DNA of 64,000 nucleotides from Candidatus Shapirobacteria bacterium (GTDB lineage: Bacteria; Patescibacteriota; Microgenomatia; 0-14-0-10-38-17), in assembly GCA_028695445.1 (NCBI GenBank), contig JAQVIV010000001.1, positions 6,028-70,027 of the forward strand, read 5' to 3'. Positions 29,882-39,677 of this stretch are shown here, piece by piece. The position numbers were made by a program, and so were the translations under genes. The notes beneath the pieces are model-generated. The model was not told where the DNA came from, did no database searches, and saw nothing but the letters and a program-made list of their open reading frames with translations. The number at the start of each line of letters is the position of its first letter. Position 1 is the stretch's first letter.

Positions 29882-30646
29882 TTAAAGAAGAAAAAAGGCG
29901 GCCAATCCTAAAATAAGGCAATAAAAAGACAAATACCACATTTTATTGCTCAACAATAAGCGGTGAAGAGTTTTTAGAGCCACCAAGCCAGACAAAAAGG
30001 CAACTAATACCACCACTAAAGCCTCTCTAATTTGTCCATTATTAAAACGAACAATTTGGGGTGCTTCATAAATTACTGCCCCACCAATGGAGATTAACCC
30101 CAAGAAAAAAGAAAACTTAAAGGCCCCCTCCCTGCTTTCACCCAAGATTCGACCTGAGGCGATGGTGGTGGCTGAACGGGAAATTCCCGGAACAATCGCC
30201 AGAGCCTGACAAACACCGATCAAAAAAAACCGGCCTCGGTCAACCGGAAAACGCCAAAATCTTCCTAAAACAAGCAATAGGGCGGTACACCAAAAACCAA
30301 TCGCCAAAAACTTGGAATTAGCAAAAAACAAAGGCAACCGATGGCCCAAAAATAGCCCCACCACCATTATCGGCAAATTGGCCAAAATCAACCTAACTAA
30401 CAACCATCGCTGTTCTTTAGCAATCTTCTTGCTGGCTTTTCCCAATACCCCTCGAGCCAAAAAGAACAAATCGTGTCGAAAAAACCAAATAATTGCCATC
30501 AGGGTACCCAAATGAGCCAAAACATCAAGAGTTAAAACAGGATGATCCCCTAATAGCAGATGAAAAATAGCCAAATGGCCCGATGAAGAAATCGGTAAAA
30601 ATTCAGTAATTCCTTGAATAAAACCTAGTAGAATTATTTCCAACAT
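29882..30646 (-). CDS. uppP: undecaprenyl-diphosphatase
   Basis: 'GFIQGITEFLPISSSGHL' and 'PGISRSATTI' BacA/UppP motifs. Confidence 0.85.
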   Translation of the reverse strand: MLEIILLGFIQGITEFLPISSSGHLAIFHLLLGDHPVLTLDVLAHLGTLMAIIWFFRHDLFFLARGVLGKASKKIAKEQRWLLVRLILANLPIMVVGLFLGHRLPLFFANSKFLAIGFWCTALLLVLGRFWRFPVDRGRFFLIGVCQALAIVPGISRSATTIASGRILGESREGAFKFSFFLGLISIGGAVIYEAPQIVRFNNGQIREALVVVLVAFLSGLVALKTLHRLLLSNKMWYLSFYCLILGLAAFFLL

Positions 30647-30698
30647 TTGTTTTTAAAACAAAAATCATTTTGAAGCTAAAGAAAGCTTGTCCTAATTG

Positions 30699-31748
30699 TC
30701 ATTTTCCCTCCCCAAGAGCCTTACCATCAGAAGCCTCAATGCCAGACTCTAGTTGTTTAGCGCCAACTATTTTTTGGCCCAGCAAATTAAAACTGGCATT
30801 AACATTGTTCATCTGATTGTGAGCATTGGTTAAATGACGCGATAGGGTAGACAAATTATCAGCAATTTTCTCATAGTCTTTGCCAATTGCCCCAAGAGCG
30901 GCCAGAATTTGTTTAGCCCGCTCCTCAACTTTTTGCCCCTCAAAACTAGCCAAAATCGCCTTCATATAGGCATAAAAAGTGGTTGGTGACACTGGTAAAA
31001 CCTTGTTTTTACCAGCATAATCAAAAAGATCAGGATCATTGACAATCTCATAATAAACTGCTTCCGAGGGAATGTACATTAAAGCGTAATCGATTGTCCC
31101 CTCATCGGGAAGAATGTATTTTGCGGCAATAGTTCGAATGTGCTTCCGAACATCGTTAATAAAAATCTTTCGGACCGAATCCCTGTCCTTGTCTGTCTCG
31201 GCGGCTATCATTTTTCGAAAATTTTCCATAGGAAATTTTGAATCAATCGGCACTAAACCAGCCTCGGTTTGAATTGCCGCATCAACCGTCTCTCCGGATT
31301 TAAATGAATACTGCAAATTAAAAGTTTTTTTTGGCAGCATTTGACCTAATAATTCTTTCAAAATCATTTCTCCAATATTACCTCTTAATTTTGGAGAGCG
31401 TAAAAATTCTTGGATATCCTTCATGCCTCGACCAATTTCCGCCATCTGGCCAACCTCTTTCTTAACACCAGCAATAAATTCGGCCGCTTTATCTAGACGC
31501 TCATTCATGCTTTGCGTACTTTTTTGTAACGAATCAGCAACTGTTTTGTTAGATTCCCTCATGGCCTGATTTAGGCTTTCATTGGTTTTATCCAAAGACT
31601 GCTGCATAGACTTGAGCCATTCCGTCAAGGAATCGTCTTGTTTGCCGACAGACTCTAACCGATTTAGTTTTTGGACTAAAAAGTAACCTAAAACCGCCAT
31701 GACTAAAAATAAACTGCCAATCAAAAAATACAACATCATAAGAGTCAT
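30699..31748 (-). CDS. rmuC: DNA recombination protein RmuC-like
   Basis: N-terminal TM, long coiled coil, C-terminal RmuC-like region. Confidence 0.55.
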   Translation of the reverse strand: MTLMMLYFLIGSLFLVMAVLGYFLVQKLNRLESVGKQDDSLTEWLKSMQQSLDKTNESLNQAMRESNKTVADSLQKSTQSMNERLDKAAEFIAGVKKEVGQMAEIGRGMKDIQEFLRSPKLRGNIGEMILKELLGQMLPKKTFNLQYSFKSGETVDAAIQTEAGLVPIDSKFPMENFRKMIAAETDKDRDSVRKIFINDVRKHIRTIAAKYILPDEGTIDYALMYIPSEAVYYEIVNDPDLFDYAGKNKVLPVSPTTFYAYMKAILASFEGQKVEERAKQILAALGAIGKDYEKIADNLSTLSRHLTNAHNQMNNVNASFNLLGQKIVGAKQLESGIEASDGKALGEGK

Positions 31749-31806
31749 TATAAGACAAAACCCTCTGGTCCGCCAACAATTTTTACCAAATGATAAACTA
31801 TGAATA

Positions 31807-32178
31807 ATGACCAGGAGGTTAATTCGGATTCATCACCGGCCCCAAAAACTAAAACCAACCAGACAGGGACAAAAATCACCCATTAACCACTCCCTGTTAT
31901 TGCTAATTTTAGCCTGGATAACAGCAATCGGCTTTTTCTTAACGGTACCGCCGCAATTTTGGTGGCAAATAACCATCGGCCTATCTTTGGCTTTTGTCTG
32001 TTTTTTTTTAACTGCCAACATCACCAGCCACAAAACAACTCTTTCTTTGATTGCCGCTGGCCTGCTTACCATTTTACCAATCTTAAAAATAATCCGCTTT
32101 CTTACTTGGCCCATCGGTTTTTTGATTGGTTTTTTAATAATTCTTCTTGGCGCCTACTTTCTCCTAGAAAAAAAATAA
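31807..32178 (+). CDS. small hypothetical membrane protein
   Basis: 123-aa ORF with 3-4 hydrophobic helices. An antisense ORF on the opposite strand is non-hydrophobic, so the membrane-protein reading is preferred. Confidence 0.3.
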   Translation: MTRRLIRIHHRPQKLKPTRQGQKSPINHSLLLLILAWITAIGFFLTVPPQFWWQITIGLSLAFVCFFLTANITSHKTTLSLIAAGLLTILPILKIIRFLTWPIGFLIGFLIILLGAYFLLEKK

Positions 32179-32209
32179 CCCCTCGAAACAATCGTGTTAT
32201 TATAGTTTT

Positions 32210-33151
32210 ATGGAAAAGTACGATCTGATTATTATTGGTGCCGGCCCAGCTGGTTTGGCCGCCTCCATCTATGCCAGCCGTTACAATATCAACCATTTAG
32301 TCTTGGGGCAAAATTTAGGTGGTACTATTGCCTGGGCCCATAAGGTAGAAAACTATCCTGGTTTCCCCTCAATTTCCGGCTTCGAATTAGCTCAAAATTT
32401 CCTAAACCATGCCCAATCTCTGGGAGGAAAAATTGAAAACCAAGAGGTGGTTAACCTGGAGAAGATTAACGGTTTTCTAATCTTAACAGCCGGAAACCAA
32501 AAAAAATATCAGGCCAAAACATTGATTATTGCCACTGGCACTAAAAGAAGAAAGTTAAACGTTCCTGGCGAAAAAGATTATTTAGGCAAGGGTGTTTCGT
32601 ATTGCGCTACTTGCGACGCCGCCTTTTACAAAAATAAAGATGTTGTCGTTGTCGGCGGGGCTAACTCGGCCTGTTCCGGAGCTCTTCATTTGGCTCGTTT
32701 TGCTAATCGGGTTTATTTAATTTATCGAAAGGGCGACCTCAGGGCCGATCCTGCCTGGGTAACCGAAGCTAAACAAACCAAAAACATCACTATTATTTAT
32801 AATACTAATGTCACCGCCATTGAAGGTGATGGCCAAAAAGTAACCCTGGTCAAACTCGATCGGCCCTACCGGAAAAAAAACAATCTTAAAGCAGCCGGGG
32901 TTTTCGTTGAGATTGGCGGAGCTCCCATTATCGATCTGGCTAAAAAATTGGGCCTTAAAACTGACCGAGATGGTTTTGTTATCACCGACAACTTAATGGC
33001 CACCAATGTTTCGGGAGTGTTTTGTGCCGGCGATGTTAACGCCTGGCAAAAACAATGCCAACAGGCCATTATCGCCACCGCCGAAGGGGCCATTGCCACC
33101 CTGGGCGTTTATCAATACCTTGGCAAGGTTCCTCGTAAACCAGCTCCTTGA
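32210..33151 (+). CDS. trxB: thioredoxin-disulfide reductase
   Basis: FAD motif 'DLIIIGAGPAGLAA', redox 'CATCD', NADPH motif 'VVVGGANSA'. Confidence 0.85.
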   Translation: MEKYDLIIIGAGPAGLAASIYASRYNINHLVLGQNLGGTIAWAHKVENYPGFPSISGFELAQNFLNHAQSLGGKIENQEVVNLEKINGFLILTAGNQKKYQAKTLIIATGTKRRKLNVPGEKDYLGKGVSYCATCDAAFYKNKDVVVVGGANSACSGALHLARFANRVYLIYRKGDLRADPAWVTEAKQTKNITIIYNTNVTAIEGDGQKVTLVKLDRPYRKKNNLKAAGVFVEIGGAPIIDLAKKLGLKTDRDGFVITDNLMATNVSGVFCAGDVNAWQKQCQQAIIATAEGAIATLGVYQYLGKVPRKPAP

Positions 33152-33231
33152 CAAAACCAAAATTTTTTCTTATCCTTCTTGTCAGGAGCAAATGAAAACA
33201 ACTAAGTTTATTACCATTATTATTTCCTGAT

Positions 33232-33258
33232 AAAGAGCCGAAAGGCTCTTTTTTTTTG
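33232..33258 (+). terminator. rho-independent terminator (AGAGCC-gaaa-GGCTCT + T9)
   Basis: Perfect stem with a GNRA-like loop and a T-run, immediately after trxB. Confidence 0.6.
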
Positions 33259-33266
33259 CTTAAAAC

Positions 33267-34070
33267 ATGACTAAAATCATCAAAAGAGTCTTGCTTTGTC
33301 CGCCAGACTATTTCCAAATCCGCTATCAAATTAATCCTTGGATGAAAAATGGTCAAGTCAATAAGACCCGAGCCAAAAACCAGTGGCTAAATTTAGTCAA
33401 TCTTTGCCAAAAACTTTCTATCCGAACAGAAACCATTACCCCCCAAGCAAGTTTACCAGACATGGTTTTTGCCGCTGATCAGGGCTTGATTAAAGACAAC
33501 TCAGTAATTTTGGCCCGTTTTCACCACCAACAACGCCGGCCAGAAACAAAAATATATCAAGACTGGTTTAGAAAACAAGGGTTCCAGCTCCTAAGACTGC
33601 CTGCCAGTCTTTGCTTTGAAGGAGGAGATGCTCTCATAGTTAACAACAATATTTTTATCGGCCATGGTTTTCGTACCAGCCCTCAAAGCCCAAGAGCGAT
33701 AGAAAAATTAGCAAAATCACCCGTTATTGACCTTGGGCTAATTAATCCCCACTTTTACCACCTGGACACCTGTCTTTTCATTCTCAATCCTAAAACCGCT
33801 TTTTATTATCCACCGGCTTTTGATCAAACCTCCAGTGACAAGTTGGCTAAGTTCTTTTCTAAACTTATTCCCCTAACCAAAAAAGAAGCTTTTTCTTTGA
33901 CCGCCAACAGCCTCAACACCGATCACCAAGTCATTATCCAAAGAGGAGCGCCGATATTTGCCCAAAAACTAGCGCAACTTGGCTATCGGGTCCACCAGGT
34001 TAATGTTAGTGAATTTTTCCGATCTGGTGGCGGAATTCACTGCTTAACCTTAACTACTCAAACTAATTAA
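33267..34070 (+). CDS. amidinotransferase-superfamily hydrolase (DDAH / arginine deiminase-like, CtlX-like)
   Basis: 'LLCPPDYFQIRYQINPWM' N-terminus; C-terminal catalytic 'GGGIHCLTL' Cys motif. Confidence 0.5.
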   Translation: MTKIIKRVLLCPPDYFQIRYQINPWMKNGQVNKTRAKNQWLNLVNLCQKLSIRTETITPQASLPDMVFAADQGLIKDNSVILARFHHQQRRPETKIYQDWFRKQGFQLLRLPASLCFEGGDALIVNNNIFIGHGFRTSPQSPRAIEKLAKSPVIDLGLINPHFYHLDTCLFILNPKTAFYYPPAFDQTSSDKLAKFFSKLIPLTKKEAFSLTANSLNTDHQVIIQRGAPIFAQKLAQLGYRVHQVNVSEFFRSGGGIHCLTLTTQTN

Positions 34071-34149
34071 CCCAAATCCTATCGCTTCAGCGCTTACCCT
34101 CAAGGTCCCGGTAATTGAGAGTAAAATTATCCCAAAATCTGAGGTAATC

Positions 34150-34178
34150 TTGACATTATAGGCCTTCCGGGCTATAAT
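34150..34178 (+). promoter_or_regulatory. consensus sigma70-type promoter TTGACA-N17-TATAAT
   Basis: TTGACA at 34150-34155, 17-nt spacer, TATAAT at 34173-34178, upstream of the M23 peptidase gene. Confidence 0.5.
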
Positions 34179-34186
34179 AACTCTTA

Positions 34187-34218
34187 ATCTACACTAGTAA
34201 AGTGTAGATTTTTTAATG
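34187..34218 (+). promoter_or_regulatory. leader hairpin (ATCTACACT-agtaa-AGTGTAGAT) followed by TTTTTT, overlapping the first ATG of the M23 peptidase ORF
   Basis: Perfect 9-bp stem plus U-run between the promoter and the CDS; attenuator/terminator-like. Confidence 0.4.
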
Positions 34219-34911
34219 CCCGGGCCAATAACCCGTTTTATGATAAGTTTCAAAAACTTACTTGTTAAAGGCAAATTTTATTCTTCTCAACTCTCCCAGC
34301 ATAAGCTCATTGCGGGCTTTTTGCGGCTTAAAAACATCCGCAAAGGAAGTCGATTAAGTCGTATGGGACGGATTATTGCCCAAAAATTTCAGGCTAGTTT
34401 CTTGGCCGGAATGTTAATTGCCGGTCTTTCTTTGGGTGGCTTAAACAACCTGCCGATTCTCAATAATCGACCAGTAGAGGCCGCCTATAATCAAGTTGTC
34501 ATAGAAGAGCCGGTTAATATCACCGCCCACACTGAGACCACTACTCAACTGCCTTTGGCGGCGGATTCTTTTTCTCTAACTCAAAGGTTTCATCTTTTCC
34601 ACCCGGCTATTGATTTGGCTGCCCCAATCGGGACACCAGTAAAACCAATTGCGGCCGGAAAGGTGGTTCTTACCAACCACAACAGCTTTGGTTTGGGCAA
34701 TTATCTTGTTGTTAAACATGGGGCTGAATTTTACTCGGTTTATGCCCACTTAAACGAAATTCTAGTGAAGAAAGACCAGGAAATTACTAAAGAAGTCGTT
34801 ATCGGTACCGTTGGTAACACCGGTTTTTCCACTGGACCCCATTTACACCTAGAGGTAATTGTTGACAATCAAAAAATTAACCCTCTAACCATTTTGCCCG
34901 AAATCCACTAA
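34216..34911 (+). CDS. M23-family (LytM-domain) peptidoglycan endopeptidase; true start may be an internal Met (34363)
   Basis: 'HPAIDLAAPIGTPV', 'GNTGFSTGPHLHLEV' M23 motifs; signal-anchor-like TM. Confidence 0.75.
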   Translation: MPGPITRFMISFKNLLVKGKFYSSQLSQHKLIAGFLRLKNIRKGSRLSRMGRIIAQKFQASFLAGMLIAGLSLGGLNNLPILNNRPVEAAYNQVVIEEPVNITAHTETTTQLPLAADSFSLTQRFHLFHPAIDLAAPIGTPVKPIAAGKVVLTNHNSFGLGNYLVVKHGAEFYSVYAHLNEILVKKDQEITKEVVIGTVGNTGFSTGPHLHLEVIVDNQKINPLTILPEIH

Positions 34912-34936
34912 CCTCCTGGCTCCTGGCTCCTGGATA

Positions 34937-35000
34937 GATCCAGGATCCATCCAAAAATAGCTACACCTAAACTACTGATAGATCCTGGATCTATCTGGGC
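34937..35000. repeat. inverted repeat pair GATAGATCCAGGATCC ... GATAGATCCTGGATCTATC, between convergent gene ends (also 'TCCTGGCTCCTGGCTCCTGG' tandem)
   Basis: AGATCCnGGATC palindrome motif, also at 37213-37229 and 46664-46678. Confidence 0.5.
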
Positions 35001-35099
35001 CTAATCAATTAAAAAATAGCAAAACGGGGGGCTTACTTGGAATAAAAAGAAGGGGAGATTAACTACTAACGATCAACACCAAAAGACCAACAATTAATT

Positions 35100-36755
35100 T
35101 TACATTCCCATTCCGGACATATCACCCATACCGCCAGCACCAGGAGTGGCTTTTTCCTTTTCTTCCGGCTTGTCAACAATCATGGCTTCAGTAGTTAAGG
35201 CCATGATTCCCACTGAAACGGCATTTTGCAAGGCCAGGCGAGTAACTTTGAGAGGATCAATAATCCCGGCCCTAACCATATTAACAAACTCGCCGGTTAA
35301 AGCATTAAAACCATAATCGCCTTTCAGGCTCTTATCTTTAATCAATTCTTCTTCGGTTTTGGCCACCACGTAGCCGGCATCAGCTCCGGCGTTCTTGGCT
35401 AACCATCGGGCTGGTTGTTCCAGAGCCGAATAAAGAATTTTTACTCCCACTGCCTCTTCTTCATTGTCGGTTTTTAAATTATTTAAAACCTGCCGGGCAA
35501 AAATTAACGAAGAACCACCGCCCGGAATAACCCCTTCTTCAACTGCCGCCTTAGTCGCTTCCACCGCATCCTTAACTCGCTCTTTTTTCTCTGACAATTC
35601 AATCTCAGTGGCGGCGCCAACGTTAATCTGGGCTACTCCCCCGGCTAATTTTGCCAATCGCTCCTGCAATTTTTCTTTGTCAAAATCAGAGTCTGACTCT
35701 TCGATAGCTTGACGAATTTGGTTTACTCGTTTGGCAATATCAGCTTCTTTGCCTTGACCACCAATAATACGAGTATTTTCCTTATCGGCCCAAACCTTAT
35801 CGGCTCGGCCACAATCTTCAATATTAATTGAGTCTAGTTTGCGACCAGTTTCCTCAGAGATTACCGTCCCACCGGTTAAAATGGCAATATCAGATAACAT
35901 TTCTTTTTTTCGATCGCCAAAACCAGGCGCTTTAACAGCCAAGATATTAAAAGTACCGCGCAGTTTATTAACCACCAGCGTCGCCAGAGCTTCACCATCT
36001 AAATCATCGGCAATAATAACAATATTCTTAGAAGTCTGGATAATTCGCTCCAGCGAAGGCAAAATGTCAGCAATGGCCGAAATTTTTTGGTCGGTAATAA
36101 TAATGTAGGGCTCATCAATCTCGGCCTCCATCGCTTCTGAATCGGTGACAAAGTAAGGAGAAACGTAGCCCTCATCAAATTCCATGCCCTCTTTATACTC
36201 AATTTCCAGCTCTAAACCCTTCGATTCTTCCACGGTAACAATACCATCCGAACCAACCTTGTTTAACGCTTCAGCAATTTTTTGACCAATATCAGGATCG
36301 CCAGCGGAAATGGTAGCAATTTTTTCAATATCGGAGTTGTCTTTAATCTCTTTTTTAATCTTACCCAATTCTGCCACTACTGCAACCAAGCCCTTCTCCA
36401 GGCCCCGACGCAAAATCATCGGGTTAGTGCCGGCGGTAATATTTTTCATGCCTTCGGCGATAATGGAGTAAGCCAAAAGAGTAGCCGTAGTCGTACCATC
36501 ACCGGCATTATCATTAGTTTTTGAAGCCGCCTCTTTCACTAATTGAGCGCCCATGTTTTCAAACTTATCCTCTAACTCAACCTCCTTGGCAACTGTTACC
36601 CCATCGTGAACCACCTGTGGTGAACCCCAAGATTTTTCGATAGCGACATTGCGACCTCGAGGACCCAAGGTAGTCACCACCGCCTTTGAAAGAAGCTCGG
36701 CCCCTTTCAAAATTTTATTCCTGGCGTCTGATCCAAAAATAATTTGTTTGGCCAT
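35100..36755 (-). CDS. groL: chaperonin GroEL
   Basis: '[12 protein letters not shown]', C-terminal '[11 protein letters not shown]' tail, full-length similarity. Confidence 0.95.
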   Translation of the reverse strand: MAKQIIFGSDARNKILKGAELLSKAVVTTLGPRGRNVAIEKSWGSPQVVHDGVTVAKEVELEDKFENMGAQLVKEAASKTNDNAGDGTTTATLLAYSIIAEGMKNITAGTNPMILRRGLEKGLVAVVAELGKIKKEIKDNSDIEKIATISAGDPDIGQKIAEALNKVGSDGIVTVEESKGLELEIEYKEGMEFDEGYVSPYFVTDSEAMEAEIDEPYIIITDQKISAIADILPSLERIIQTSKNIVIIADDLDGEALATLVVNKLRGTFNILAVKAPGFGDRKKEMLSDIAILTGGTVISEETGRKLDSINIEDCGRADKVWADKENTRIIGGQGKEADIAKRVNQIRQAIEESDSDFDKEKLQERLAKLAGGVAQINVGAATEIELSEKKERVKDAVEATKAAVEEGVIPGGGSSLIFARQVLNNLKTDNEEEAVGVKILYSALEQPARWLAKNAGADAGYVVAKTEEELIKDKSLKGDYGFNALTGEFVNMVRAGIIDPLKVTRLALQNAVSVGIMALTTEAMIVDKPEEKEKATPGAGGMGDMSGMGM

Positions 36756-36791
36756 AATTTAATTAATTAAAAATTAAAGTAATAACAATTC

Positions 36792-37097
36792 TTATTTACC
36801 AACAACGGCAAGAATATCTTCAAACTTAATAAATAGATACTCTTCGTCGCCTTCCTTATACTCATTGCCGCCCCATTCTTTGTAAACGATTACATCACCC
36901 TTTTTGCAAGGAGCGCTAATTTTAACCCCTGATTCGCTAACTTGATCTGCCCCCACCGCCAAAACTTCGCCTTTTTGTGGTTTTTCCTCGTGAGAATCAG
37001 GCAAAACAATCCCCGAAGCGGTTTTTTTCTCACTTTCTTTTGGGAAAACTAAAACGTAACCAGGAGTGGGTTGCAGTTTAACAATTTTTGTTGTCAT
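36792..37097 (-). CDS. groS: co-chaperonin GroES
   Basis: 101 aa, 'KLQPTPGYVLV...EKTASGIVLPDS' mobile loop. Confidence 0.9.
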   Translation of the reverse strand: MTTKIVKLQPTPGYVLVFPKESEKKTASGIVLPDSHEEKPQKGEVLAVGADQVSESGVKISAPCKKGDVIVYKEWGGNEYKEGDEEYLFIKFEDILAVVGK

Positions 37098-37167
37098 AAT
37101 AATTGATTCGCTCTTTTCTTTCTAACTCCAAAAAAAATTATCACTTTTAAGAATGATAATTAATCAT

Positions 37168-37196
37168 ATTCTAACCACCGGGACTAGTCTTGTCAA
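37168..37196 (-). promoter_or_regulatory. candidate groES promoter (minus strand TTGACA-N17-TAGAAT), with the AGATCCGGGATCT palindrome just upstream of -35
   Basis: Reverse complement of 37191-37196 is TTGACA and of 37168-37173 is TAGAAT, spacer 17. No CIRCE element seen. Confidence 0.45.
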
Positions 37197-37227
37197 GGGG
37201 TTCTTCTGTTGACAGATCCGGGATCTA

Positions 37228-38118
37228 TCAAGACATTATTAGCTTTTGATAAGTTTTTTGAAAACGAACCAAAACTGGCTGTCGCTGATCTTGGGGATGA
37301 AAAAATAACTGCCGCTTATTATCGGCTACCAGTTGGCGTTGATGAGCCTTGGCATAAATCGACTGGCCAAACATGGCCATCCTTTCTAAAAAATCAACCT
37401 CATTTTTGAGAATCGGAGAAACAACAAGAGAGCCTTTTTCCAATCGCTTCCGATAGGCTTGGGGCAGATAATTAGCCAACCAGCTATTACTAAGCAAGAA
37501 CTGTTGATAAAGGTCATGATCGCCGGCAATTGGCAACAACTGTAGAGCCTCATGGGCAGTATAAAAGTCTTGTCTCGTTCGGGGCAGACTTAAGTTGTCT
37601 TTCTCCAAAAAAAGATTAAGGCAAATTTTATTGGCCGCCTCTTTTTCCCCGGGCCTTCGGCGCTGACCAAAAATTTCAGCTAATAAAACACTGGCTAACC
37701 TAGCCCGATAAAGACAGCCCGGTAAGGCGATGATGAAAAAATCAATATCGTCATTCTCTTCTGCCGCGCTAATAGCCAAGTTGCCGCTGATCGCCACCAG
37801 CCCCACCCAAGGAAGACAGGCTAGTTTTTGACCAAGCTTCTCAGCCCGAAACATTTTCTTTCTAGAAAAAGCCTGTTTCTTTTGACGCAAATCAATAACC
37901 GCCCGATCACTTAAAAAATAAAAGGGAGAAGAATAGTAAATTTTTCTTCTCTTAACTAATCGCGCCAACGACTGCCCTACTTCTTTTAGGGGCGCTTCTT
38001 TAGGCAACCAAAACCAAACCTCCTTAACCGTTAGGGGATGAGCAAAAAGATCAGAATAGGCTAGAGCCGCCAAAACCGCTTCTTCCAAGCTTAAGGCGGT
38101 GGGGATAAAGGGCTTCAT
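37228..38118 (-). CDS. hypothetical protein with nucleotidyltransferase-like motif
   Basis: 'GNLAISAAEENDDIDFFII' resembles the GS...DxD NTase signature. Start overlaps the stop of the upstream gene (ATGA). Confidence 0.3.
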   Translation of the reverse strand: MKPFIPTALSLEEAVLAALAYSDLFAHPLTVKEVWFWLPKEAPLKEVGQSLARLVKRRKIYYSSPFYFLSDRAVIDLRQKKQAFSRKKMFRAEKLGQKLACLPWVGLVAISGNLAISAAEENDDIDFFIIALPGCLYRARLASVLLAEIFGQRRRPGEKEAANKICLNLFLEKDNLSLPRTRQDFYTAHEALQLLPIAGDHDLYQQFLLSNSWLANYLPQAYRKRLEKGSLVVSPILKNEVDFLERMAMFGQSIYAKAHQRQLVADNKRQLFFHPQDQRQPVLVRFQKTYQKLIMS

Positions 38119-39587
38119 CGCTGACTGACTTGGTACTTGGACAAAACTGAGGCAACCCCCTGACTAACTGTGGTTTCCATTTCCGAATTTGCCCCCATTA
38201 GCGACCGATTCACTGCATCTTCGAAATATTTGATAATGGTATCGTTGAGACCATTATCGGCAGTTCGTGATGACAGATACCAGCTTCTGGCATAAGGCGC
38301 TTGCTCTAAAAATGGTGCCAGCAATGGGTCTTGTTTTAACTTGCCGGCCATATCAATTTTGGGATAAAGCTGACCAACATAATGAGCTTGTGAACCAGCT
38401 TTAAAAATCCGCTCCAAAGACTCTTCCTGAGACAAAAAATCCAAAAACTGCCAAGCGGCCGCCTGTTTTTCAGATCGAACCGAAACCCCCTCAACCCAAA
38501 ATGTCGCCCACGATATCGGCTCCCTTTCCGGCAATTGCGGCACCGGCACCACTCCAAAATCAAGGTTCGGATTAAGCTCATTGAGATTAATAATTCGCCA
38601 AGAAGGAGCAAAATAAAGAGCTAGCTTGCCGCCGGCAAAAGCCCGTGTTGACTCCGGTAAAGCCTGATCCCAAACTTGATCCTGTTTGGCAAAAATTAAG
38701 AAAAAATCCAAGGCTTGCTGAGCATCAATTCCATACGGACCCGCGATCGAGGCGCCATTTTGAATCGTCATCAAACCCAAAATATCACTCCAATGGTCAA
38801 CATTAGAAGCCGTTCCCATCGCCGCCCCTGATTGCAGAATTCGCCCCTTTTCATCGCGAATCGTTAACTGATTAGCCACCTGACGAAATTGATCCCAGTC
38901 TTGAGGTACCGACAATTGGTGCTGATTAAAAATTTCTTTATTATAAAATAGGGCCAAAGTATCAATCATCAAGGGGAGGCCGTAAAACCGGCCACCGACA
39001 AATAGAGACTCCTTAACCACCGGATAGTAGTTGGTCTCTAAAGATAATGATGAGGCCAATTCATTGGGCACGGGAGCTAGATCATTGGCAAACATTGGCA
39101 GCCAGGTATTGTGAATTCGAAAAATGTCCGGCCCTGAACCAGAAGCCAGGGCCGATTGAAGACGCTGACGATAATCAACGATATTTTGCTGAGTATAATT
39201 AACCTTAATTTTAGGATTTTCTTTCTCAAATTCTTCAATTAAACCAGCCATGACTGATTCTGGCTCCCATAAACCCCAATAGTCAATCCTCGTCTCTTGG
39301 CCCGGAGTAAATGAGGCGCTTTTATTTTGCCACCAATAATAACCAGCGCCAATCAAAAACAACAAGCCAACAACAATCAATAAAACCTTTTTTAGACCAA
39401 AGGAGCTTTTAGTAGCGGTTGGTTCATTGACCGGAATATCAACCGCCCGAGCCACAACGGCTCCTTCTTCCTGGGCAACAGGCTCAGGAGTAGTTGCTGG
39501 GGTTGGAATATCGCCAGCCGATTCTGAACGAGAAAAACTACCGGGCGAACGAGGCGGTCGATTGGGCAAAGACTCAGTGTCAACCAT
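38115..39587 (-). CDS. ABC transporter extracellular solute-binding protein (family 1, sugar/oligosaccharide type) with N-terminal disordered region and TM anchor
   Basis: TM 'VLLIVVGLLFLIGAGYYWW'; SBP-like fold motifs 'IDYWGLWE', 'LPMFANDLAPVP'. Confidence 0.6.
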   Translation of the reverse strand: MVDTESLPNRPPRSPGSFSRSESAGDIPTPATTPEPVAQEEGAVVARAVDIPVNEPTATKSSFGLKKVLLIVVGLLFLIGAGYYWWQNKSASFTPGQETRIDYWGLWEPESVMAGLIEEFEKENPKIKVNYTQQNIVDYRQRLQSALASGSGPDIFRIHNTWLPMFANDLAPVPNELASSLSLETNYYPVVKESLFVGGRFYGLPLMIDTLALFYNKEIFNQHQLSVPQDWDQFRQVANQLTIRDEKGRILQSGAAMGTASNVDHWSDILGLMTIQNGASIAGPYGIDAQQALDFFLIFAKQDQVWDQALPESTRAFAGGKLALYFAPSWRIINLNELNPNLDFGVVPVPQLPEREPISWATFWVEGVSVRSEKQAAAWQFLDFLSQEESLERIFKAGSQAHYVGQLYPKIDMAGKLKQDPLLAPFLEQAPYARSWYLSSRTADNGLNDTIIKYFEDAVNRSLMGANSEMETTVSQGVASVLSKYQVSQR

Positions 39588-39677
39588 AAAAATTTTCTAC
39601 TTTCTTCTATGGTTATCATATAATACAAACAAGCCAAGAGGCAAGAACAGATTTTTTAAGCTTGAAAAAATAAAAGA

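Noticed and set aside
31833-32296. Antisense/overlapping ORFs 31833-32114(-), 31959-32228(+), 32102-32296(-)
   Set aside because: They overlap the hydrophobic 31807-32178 ORF and the trxB start. Their composition looks frame-shadow-like, with no support.
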